The position numbers and the translations under genes are program-made. The notes beneath the pieces were generated by a model. The model was not told the DNA's origin. It made no database searches and saw nothing but the letters and a program-made list of their open reading frames with translations. Below, piece after piece: positions 8,432 to 18,800 of a DNA stretch of 32,829 nt. Each line of letters starts with the position of its first letter. Position 1 is the stretch's first letter. The stretch is taken from contig JBMYPC010000017.1 in assembly GCA_049599895.1 (NCBI GenBank), positions 1 through 32,829 of the forward strand. Direction: 5' to 3'. The DNA is from Bacteriovoracaceae bacterium (GTDB lineage Bacteria; Bdellovibrionota; Bacteriovoracia; Bacteriovoracales; Bacteriovoracaceae).

Positions 8432-9848
8432 TTACTTATTAGTACTCCTTTTAGTGTTCCTTTTGGCTTCCTGTGGGTCTTTTAGGTCTCAGGAGGCGAT
8501 TATTCAGGTCACGAATAAGTCTTATCAATCTGAATTTAAAGATGAGTTTGGTTACACAGGGGAGACCCCAAGCTTTTATAAAATGCGAGCCGCAAGAAAG
8601 CAGAAGCTTTATCTTGTTGATGAAGAATCAGAAGTTCTTAAAACTTATCAGTACCGCTGCTCTTATAATTTTCGAGATTCAATTATTCCAAACCTTATTC
8701 CTGCTGTTTTTTTTCCAGTAGGGACAATCCTTTCAGGTGTTTTCTTTTCGGTTGATGGGTGGAATGGTTCTCTTTATCGTTGTCATAAAAAGCTTGATCT
8801 TGATTTCAAAGATCAAGAGAATTATCAAAAAAGGGTACTTCTCATACCATTTAATGAGGAAGATCCTGTGTTAAGAAGAAAGATCTTAAAGCTCTGGAAA
8901 GAAAAGTTTTCAGTGAACCTTAAGAAATCGAATTATAAAGTCTTGAATGTCTCAAAACCATGGGAATTCCTTGGCCTTAAGGGAACACATTTTACAAGTT
9001 CAAAAAAACCTCATGAATTCAATGAAAGAGTTCTTTTAGAACTAGGCTATATCACCCAGATGACCCACATCGCTTATCTCGATAAAGAGTATGATGAAAA
9101 AGGCCTCAAAGTTAAACTTCGAATTTATGACGTCTTTAAAAGGAAGTACATTGAACAGAACCATGCCTCTCATCATTTTACAGGAGTAAAAAAAGATTCT
9201 TTTTCTTGGAAAACAGTCCTTTTAAAAAGCTTTACTTTAATTCCCAACGCTATCACTCTTTCCACAAGTACAAGACCAATTCTTAGTGAGGAACCAACTT
9301 TAAAGTCTTATGAAATTAAAAGTCATCCCGAGAGTTTTCCAAGTATTGTTCAGGCGATTGGCTTTGAGTCGATTAATCACCCCAATCAATATAATACTTG
9401 GCAAGCGGGATTTTATTTTGGTCCCGCGATCGCTCTTGATGCTTGGAGAGTTGAAGGAAATGATGATGCCTCTAATCTCTACCGGACAAACATTGAAGTT
9501 TATCAGCTAATCTTTAATGGCAACGCCTTTTGGAATACGGCATTTGGCATGCCGACACTTTTTTTGGGCTTCGGAATTGCTTACACCAATGTTGATAATG
9601 AACTGAATACAGACTTGGGCGGAGGGGAGAGCTCCGTTTTAAACTTTGGCTTTAAACATCATATCTTTCTTAGTGATCGATATTATGTGGGAGTTGAGCT
9701 CTCTGCTCATTCTCTTGGAGAAGGTTTCTCAGGGAAAAAAGTCCTGAAAGAAGGACCTCTTCATTACGACTCTTGGTATAAGGCATTCTTTAAATTTGGA
9801 ATTTATCTTCCGACTCTTCGGAATCATATTAGTGAATACGTGTATTAG
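8403..9848 (+). CDS. Putative multi-domain lipoprotein with C-terminal outer-membrane beta-barrel-like region
   Basis: ORF track start is 8331, but TTG 8403 gives a clean signal peptide MKSFILSGASYLLVLLLVFLLASC with lipobox. C-terminal third has alternating aromatic beta-strands (LFLGFGIAYTNV, YYVGVELSAH, FFKFGIYLP). Confidence 0.7.
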   Translation: MKSFILSGASYLLVLLLVFLLASCGSFRSQEAIIQVTNKSYQSEFKDEFGYTGETPSFYKMRAARKQKLYLVDEESEVLKTYQYRCSYNFRDSIIPNLIPAVFFPVGTILSGVFFSVDGWNGSLYRCHKKLDLDFKDQENYQKRVLLIPFNEEDPVLRRKILKLWKEKFSVNLKKSNYKVLNVSKPWEFLGLKGTHFTSSKKPHEFNERVLLELGYITQMTHIAYLDKEYDEKGLKVKLRIYDVFKRKYIEQNHASHHFTGVKKDSFSWKTVLLKSFTLIPNAITLSTSTRPILSEEPTLKSYEIKSHPESFPSIVQAIGFESINHPNQYNTWQAGFYFGPAIALDAWRVEGNDDASNLYRTNIEVYQLIFNGNAFWNTAFGMPTLFLGFGIAYTNVDNELNTDLGGGESSVLNFGFKHHIFLSDRYYVGVELSAHSLGEGFSGKKVLKEGPLHYDSWYKAFFKFGIYLPTLRNHISEYVY

Positions 9849-9854
9849 AGAAAG

Positions 9855-12800
9855 TTAAGGAGTTCTGTAAAGATAAACAGAAGGTGAATCGACACTTGAT
9901 TCAAGAGCGGGTGCCGATATGAGAATTGTTTTACCATCAGAGCTTACATCAACTCCATGACCGACATCTGACTCAGCCCCTGTTGAATGTGGTGTGATTC
10001 TAAAGAAGTCATCAGCAGCCGTTTCTCTAAGAAGTGCAACGCCAGTTTCAACCCCTTTTTCCTTTGCCCCAACTAAAAGAGAATCTGTACCATTGCTTTG
10101 AACGGCAACACTTAGACCAAACTCTTGATAGTTATCTGTGTCGTCATTATCTGTCGCTACTGGAGCTGTATCAAGATCTGAAAGATCATAATAATAGATT
10201 CGCCCATTTGAATTATCATGCCCCGGAGCTCCAACAAAGAGGTGATCCCCAGTCATAAAAAGAGATGAGCCAAAATCATCACTCTCGTTGACTGTGGAGA
10301 GTTGATACTGAGTTGCATTTGGAAGAGTTTGAAGATCAGCGATCCAGAAGGCCTCTTTTTCTTTTGAAGAAAGAATTAATCGATTGGCATCAAGTTGCAT
10401 CACTGAACCAAAGAGAGCGTCTTCACCATTCGCTTCTGGATAAGGAATACTTTTTTCGCTTAAAAAGTTATATTCAGTTCCTGCATTTTCATAATAATAA
10501 ACGATACCTGTATTATCAGCTCTATATGGAGCAGCAACAGCAAAGCCATTTTGATCAATTTTTACGTTTTCTCCAAATCGATCGTCTGCTTCTGAGTCCG
10601 ACGGATAGATTGAGTTAAGGAGAGTGAGGCCTCCAGTTGAGTGGTACTTGTAAACAAAGACGCTACCCATATCATCACCTTGAGTGAAGAGGTCTTTTCC
10701 TGGAGCTCCAATGACTATGAAGTAGTTAGGGGCATCGAAGTGAACATCAACAGAATGACCAAATTGATCACCAGCTTCAGCATCACTGAGAGTGATTTCT
10801 TCTCTTAGCTCAATCGTATCTCCTGCAGAGTTATAATAAACGGTAACCTTGCCTTGATTAGACTTGCCGCTGCTTGCAAATCCTGGTTCGCCAACAACCG
10901 TGAGACCACTTTCCATTGCAATACTTCGCCCTAGGTCTGTCCCTTGAGTTTCACCAATGGTGTCATGAATAAGGTACCAGTCCTCACTGGTTGTATCGTA
11001 GCTATAGCTTGCTTTAGCACTACTACAAGATCCTGTTTTCGCTGCAATTGTATGAGTTGCATAAACCTCAATTGTTTGAGGAGAAACAACAGGGATAGCA
11101 AGCAGGTCGAGATCGTCCACTGTCACATCAACAAAGTCTTTGCCAGCTGGAACAACAGCAGTTCCTAATGGAACCTCGCAGTTTGTTGTTCTTTTGTAAT
11201 AAAGATTTACTGTTGCACCGGCGATAGTTCCTTTGACTCTAAAGGTTGGTTGGTCATTTTTACTTGGAGAATGGTCTAGTAGAGTTATGCTACTAGGTGT
11301 ATTCACATAAGTGTAGTTTGCAAAAACATGAGAACATGTTGAACTAAATCCTGCTTTTCTTTGCTTCACTCTAAATGTATAGCTTCCATTTGTTTCAAGG
11401 GGAGCTGATTGGATTGTAATTGATGTCTGCCCATAAGCAGTGGCGCCGATTCCAACAAGGTTAGAACAGTTTGTATCTGAGTAAAGTTTGATTTCTGCAT
11501 TCTCAAGAACTCCACCAATATCAAATTGTGGGGCATTTTGCGTGTCCGTTGCTGAGTAGCTAGCGTTGAGGGCCATTGTCATCGCCGCGCCAATATCAAG
11601 AGTGTAAGTGGTAAAGGCTTTCGAACAATCTGTAAAAGTACCATCTAATCTTCTTTTTGTTGCGTAATAGTTGTGAATTCCATCTTGCTCAACAGGGTCA
11701 GAAATGAGATCGACATAACCTAGATTACCCGCAATTCCTTTACCCATAAGGCTTGAACATTGAGAGTCACTATAGATAAAAGCTTCTTCATTTTCTGCGA
11801 CATTATAAACTCGAATCACTGGTGTGAGGCTTTCTCCTGGATTTAGTGAAAGAACTGCCAGTGTAAGACCATTATAATCATAGACTACATCATCACTACA
11901 AACTGTTTGGTGAGGATAAGTGGGGTCCATGTGTTGTTTAAAACTAAAGACCACATGATTTGATGAGAACGTAAGGTTTGAGATATCAAGAGGTGTTCCC
12001 TCGATATAAGGAATCGCTGTTCCCTGACAGCTTGGTCCCATATAAAGAGAAAAGCTTGTGGCATTTTCAAGAACAGTGCTATCAACAAAATCAAAAGTAG
12101 GGTTTCCAACACCGTAGTTATTTGGCGTGATGGTCACCTGAAGTTTAGAGTCAAGTGTCTTTGTCGGTGATCCGTATCTATAGCAACCGGAATGAGTGTC
12201 ACCATCACCTGGATCCATTTCTTGAGTTGCAATAAGGTAGTATTCCCCGTCATTAGGGATGCTGTTTGTGAGTTCTGTAATTGTATGAGTTCCTGTTCCA
12301 TCTCCTGAGTCGACAGCATTGACATTTCCATCAAAGACAAGCTTTGAGTTGTCACAAACATCATTTGATCCTTCAACAAGATAGATTTTAACTCCTGTTC
12401 CGCCAGCAATAACTTCATCAAGAACGACTTCTGGTTTTACATCTGAGCGTGGGCTTACATCATTAATCACGCTAACCTTGGGAGCTCCCTTAAGGTTATA
12501 ATTAAAACTATTGGCATTGAAGCATGAAGATGTGTAGGTTGATCCATCTGTAAACTTCTGACGAGCATATATACGATAAGACTTATTGTCGCTGTAATCA
12601 GCAAGTGTTGAAAGATCCACTGAAATTTGCTGACTGGCCCCGGCGATCGCTACAGAGGCATCCGCTGCAATCTTGTCACAAGTCTCATAATAGAGTTCGA
12701 GTGTTCCACCAGTCACCATATTGTCGACTGTAAGATCAAAAAGATGGCTTTTTCCATGAGAGGGAGAAATTGGAGCCGCTGTTTCAAAAGTAGGGGCAAT

Positions 12801-15800
12801 ATCAAGGAAGTATTCACCTAGTTTATAACATTTTGATTTATAAGTTCCACTGTCATCAGTTTGATAACCATAGATTGGGTAGATGAAGTCAAGGTCAGCG
12901 TTACTTAAAGCTGAGAGGGTTTGGGCTGCAATACTTGTTGTTGCTGCCGGAAGATCAATAGTTCCACCACTGATATTAACGGCGGCTACCGGACAACCAC
13001 TTTCATCAGTAAACCCATCAAAAGCGGTTTCAGGATCATCAATATAAAAGAGTTCAATCTTTCCATCATCGACAATTCCAGTAAGACTGACATCAGGAGT
13101 GACATCTTGTCCTGAAGCACTTGGCAGACCATCAAATGAGAAGTTGGCGCTTAAAAGATCTCGCTTAAATGTATGATCATAGCTCACCGTTGTACATTCA
13201 GAGATATCTTCGCCTTCATCTCGTACACCATTGGCGTTGGCATCATCGAACTGTCTTGCAAAGAATGTATAAGTTCCATCGAGTGGAAGGAGCATGGAAG
13301 CGTCATCTACATCGTCATCACCATCTGTGTCAGCAACCTTAACTTTTGTCGTTCCTCCTGCTGAAACATTTCTTCCTCTCACGACATCACAACCGTTTCC
13401 ATCTTTGAGGTAGCTGTCACTAACATAAGATGTTGCACCTGTGTCATCTGTAGCGGCACTAAACATTAAAATTGAGGCCAAAGAATTTGCTGATTGGGCC
13501 CCTGTGTTCCACTTGAGAGTCAAGGCTGCTCCGTCAGAGGTGAGTTTGACCTTATTTGTTTTAGAGTTATAGGTACAGGTGAAAGTGTTATTGTTTGAAG
13601 CCGCGTTTGAAGCGAGATTCATTTCTGTTGCAATCGTAGAGCAAACGGTTTCAATTGATTGATAAGTTGTTTCTTGGATTGAAATTTGAAGATCAACACC
13701 GTCATCAACAAAATCAAGATATTTATTCGTGCTTGTAATATTAATTGTGCTCGTATAGTCAGGGTCCATTGTATAGAGTTCAACTGTGTACCCAGCAATT
13801 GTTCCTACAACATCAATCTCTGGGTTATAAGAATCGTCATTTGCATTAAGAGCAATACCAGTTGGTCTCCTATCAAGAGTATAATTAATTTCTTCGCTAC
13901 ATGTTGAAGCGTATTCACCACCAGCAGTTTCTTGTCTGAAGGCGAGAGTGTAAAGTCGGTCTTCATCGATTTGGTTTGGGCCTGCGGCATTAACCGTAAA
14001 CTGAGTTGATGAGTCTCTTGTTGTCGTGATTCTGTTGAGATCAGCATTACAATCGCTTAAGCTCTTATAAGCAATGACAACATTTGTGGCGTAAATGTTA
14101 TTCATCGTAAATGATGGTGTTGTGTCATTGTCCGTCGCAGTTGTTCCTGTGGCGTAGCCTAAGTTCTTAGGTCTTCCATCGAGAGTATAGTTCACCTTTT
14201 CATAAGAACAATTTGAAGCATACTCATTGGCATCATGAGTGGCGTCTGCATCAAGATTATGAACTTGTTTAAAATAGAATTCGTAAGTTCCGTCTTCTGT
14301 AAGTCCTGGCTCTCCAACGTAGTCGAGGGCCCTTGTCAGAGTTGTTCCGCCTCTTAAGGCAGAATCCTGATCTACTAAAGTTCCACAATTTGTTGAGCCA
14401 GACTTGGTGTAAATCTGAATCATTGTTTCACTGGCATCACTGATAACATTTTCAAAATAGAGACTCGGTGTAGGATTATTGTCGACGTCAGAGCTTCCGC
14501 TTAGACTCGGATTAATAATTCTTTGATTAACGGAGTGAATCAGCGTTGGATTTGTTAAACACTCACTTGCATATCCTGGTCCAGTTAATTGAACATAAAC
14601 TTGATGAGAGAAGCTATCTGATGTGAAGTAAAGAGTTTCGGCGATTTCTCCTGCATCTCCATCTTCGTCGTTACCACCACCGTCGGTGATGATATTTGTT
14701 CCATCAACATAATCAGCTGCAACAGTACAATTGCTGTCTTTATAAAGAGTCGCTGTGATTGCAATATCTGTTGTGAGACCTGTAATTGAAACGGTCGGTT
14801 CCCATTGTTTAACATTATCATTTAAAACAATATTATTTTGTGGGTAGAAGAGAGTGTACTTGTATGGGCCTTCACAACTTGAGCGATAAGTATTTGTTCC
14901 ATTATAAACTTGTTGAATATAGTAATTTGCAATTCCATCTCCCGCTAAAACCGGAAGTTCTATGGAAGCGCCTCCTCGAACGGCGGCAATTGTTGGAGTC
15001 GAAGCATTGTCAATTGTGACAAGTGGAGCTCCAGCGCAACTATTGTCTTTGAAAACTTGAATGGAATTGTTCGCATCAAAACCTGCTCCTAAAAGATTTG
15101 TTGCATCAACAGTAATTTCAGGAGAAGGATCTGTATCTGAATAGATCTGATCAAGTGGACTCGCATCACCATCGAAGCTAAGCCCTAGGCTGCCATCAAT
15201 TGTCCATGTGACAGCTTCAGAACAATTACTTTGGTACTCTCTTGTAAGACCGTTGTAAAAAGCTTGATCGATGAAAAGCCTAATTTCTCCATCGTTAAGA
15301 TTTACGTAGTCTGTAAGATTTGAAAGCGTAATTGTGGCACTACTTGAGTTACCTGTGACTCCTGCAGGAGTGAAGTTCTCAATCATAGTCCCATTACATC
15401 TTTGAAGGCCACTTGGATCATAATAGACTTCAATGTTATTTGTTCCAGCATCCCAATTAGAAAATGTAATGTCTCTTCCTAGAAAACTTGCACTTAATGA
15501 ACTACTAATATCTTTTGGTTTTCCATCAAGAGTGAAAGTAAAGATATCTCCTAAAGGATCATTGGGATCGACAATACAGTCTGAAGCAAAATCATCGGTG
15601 GCAACAGCAACTGTTGTTCCTACTGCACTTGTTCTTTTTGAGTTAAACTGCTTGAAATAAACTGTATATTGGCCATCAGTTGGGAAGCGATCACCAGAGT
15701 CAAGCCTAATGAGAGTTGTCCCATCTTCAATTCTTTCGATATCTGAAGGGCCTTCAGAGTCGGTGATTACAGCGGTGTCACAACTTGTAAAACTCGTAGG

Positions 15801-18800
15801 AGGAGTTCCAGGAGTATAATAAGCTCTTAAGCTATTATTTGGAGACGCCACTGATCCAGATGTTGTATTGGTGACATCAAAACCTGTTCTTGCAACATTT
15901 GTTGTAAGAGAATCAATTGTCGTGTCTTGAAGATCTGCAACAGTTGGAGTTGCTTCAATATTGTAGACAAGATATTGATTGAGACATCCATAGTTGTTTG
16001 GAATTCTTCCATCAGCGTCATTCCAAGTGCCAGATGCATCTAGAGAAGCTTCAGTTCTTTCAGGTGTTCCATAGTTACTATTATCTTCTGAAACAATTCG
16101 AAGACCAATGTAGTAAAGACCATCTTTTGTAAAGACTGTCCCTTCTGAACCTACTAGTGGATCATTCGCCGTCGTATTTTGGTTATCAGTTAGAGCTGTT
16201 AGGTTAGTGACATCTTCAAGCCCGATGGTCGTAGTATCAGGGTCATTGGGATCAGTTCTTTTCCAGTCAGAAATAAGTGTTCCATTTTCACAGATATCGG
16301 AGACTGGGTCGACTCCTGGAGTAAAGTTGTCAGCTGAGATTGCATAAAGACCAATAATATTTTTATAAAAACCAGGACTGTGCTGATCACTACTATAGCT
16401 TGAAGCTCCAGTATCATCAATATTATTAAAACCGAGAATCTCTTCAGCTGTCGAGTTCACATGACTCCAAAGGATGTCGAAGTTTCCTGAGCCTGAACTA
16501 ATGGTAAAGCTTCCGGTTAATTCATTGAAGGAAACTGTAAATGTGTAAGCCGAAGTGGCTGCAGCTGCAGCGGCATCGAGTTTAGTTTGAATCTCTGTCG
16601 CAAGGTTTGCTCCGGTAGTATAACGAGCCGAAGCTAAAACAGCCTCGAAAGTGAAAACACTGTCAAAGACTCTTATTGTATTATTCGTGACATCAATTTC
16701 AAAAACTCCATCTGATAGGGCCCAGTCTCCTGTATAAGTGAGGGCCCCGGTATCATCAGCGGCATTTGAGAAACCTAAAAGTTGCTCAGCATTTGTTGTT
16801 GCTGATGACCAAAGAATATTAAAGAGTGCTCCATCTGAAGAAATGTTAAACCTTTCACTTGAGACGTTATAACTACAAGTGAAGTTATCATCAGCATGGG
16901 GATCTGAGGCAAGGGACATTTGGTTTGCAACTTCAGTACAGAGAGCCTGAGGAGTGGCATAAGTTCCCGGGCCTAAAGTCGCTGTTAAGAACGTTGCCGA
17001 AGTATCTTGAAAGGCAATTTGATCATTTGTTGCCGCTGTGACTGTTGCAAAATTTCCTGTTTTTTGAGCAGGGTTATTATCTTCAATATCAATAATTTCA
17101 ATGCTTGGATTAAGTTTTGAAGAAGGACTCACTGTTCCTGTTGCAAAACGCATTTGCGTTGAAACCCCATCAACTTTAAAGGTAAGAGGACTACTACAAT
17201 CATCAAAGTTTGAATTATACTGATCTTTGTATTGGGCCACATAAACTTTATAAATTCCATTTGAAGTGATTGATCCTTGGGCAATTTGATATTTCCCTCC
17301 AGGCATAGAAGGTTCTAAAACGTTTGTTCCCGCACATTTAAGATCGACTGTTGTCGGAAAGCCTGGGGCTGCATCAGCATTATCTTGGTATTGATAGACA
17401 TAAACTCCAATAGTCGAGCCTTCAAAATCATTGTCAAACTTTAGCGTTGGAGTTGTGGTATTGATAACAGAGATCGACTCATTTGTTCCTTGGTTATCCC
17501 AAGTATACGGATTCGTCTCGACAAAAATTTGTGATTCAAATTCAACATTTTTAATAACAGCATCAAAATTGTAGTTGTGAATTGTCGTTGTACAGTCAGA
17601 TTCATAATAAGGAGCGACTCCCACCCCAAGGCCATCACTATCTCTTACGATCGCATAACGAAACTCAAAACTATCACTTTTCTTAAAAGGCGTTGTTGGG
17701 CTGGTCAGGTCATGATCAAAAGCAAAGGTTTCATCAACTCCCACAATATTAGCGAGGGGGGCACCTGTGACAAGGTTACCAGCTGAACAGGTATCAGTGA
17801 CGGAAACATCATATACTTTAAGATAAACATCTGTGGCTCCATTATAAGTATCTTCAATGCCAAAGTGTGGGTCCGGAGAAATTGTTCCAGAAGTTGATGT
17901 CAGAAGAGATGTTGGAGCACCATCAATTTCATAAGTCTCTGAGACTTGACTACATCGGGACTCAAAATTTCCAAGAACTTGCTTTGCATAGACTGTGTGA
18001 ACGCGATCGGCGAGGGGAAGAGTGTAACCACCATTTCCAGCGACTCCATTTTTAAGATCAATAGTCACTGTTCTTTGGGATTGATCATTTTCAAAATCAG
18101 CAGCTTCTCCTAATGTTCCATTGTTATTGGCATCATAGAGAAATTCATTTGTACAACTTGAATCACTATAAAGATGAAGTTCTGTTTTAGTTCCGGTACT
18201 GACCAGAAGATCATTGAGAACAAACTTTGGATTAAAATCATAGCTTGTACGAATCGGAGTTGAAGCCTCTCTTTGAATACTTGTTGGCATAGCATCGAAA
18301 ACATAATTGACGCTTACACAATTTGAAGTAAAGGCTACACCTTTTTTTAAGCGAGCTGAAATTGGCCAATTTTGGTTATCGGTTGAGGCGACTCCAGCGA
18401 TTGTTGCAGTAAGGTCAATTTCTTCTGTGATTGCACTCGTCGATCCACCAATAGTACCAGATTTAATCGCTCCACCTGTACAAGTTCCATTAGCAAAGAA
18501 CTCATAATCGTAATCGACAACCAGTCCAGTTAAGACAACTTTTGGCTTTAAGTTATTACTGGGTGAGATTGTCTCGGGAGCAAGAGCAAGGCTTGGAGAA
18601 GCCTCCATTCTGTAATCCACATAGTTTGAACAATCATCAACACCATCGGCATTGTTGTTTGTACTATAAACAAAAAACCTTGAGTCACCTTCCGTTGTAA
18701 TGAGACCATCATCAAGTTCAAAACTAAGGGTCTCTGTAGAGGCGTCATAAGATTCATTTTTTACAGCAACAGAGTCACCTGGAATACAGACGACCGTTCC

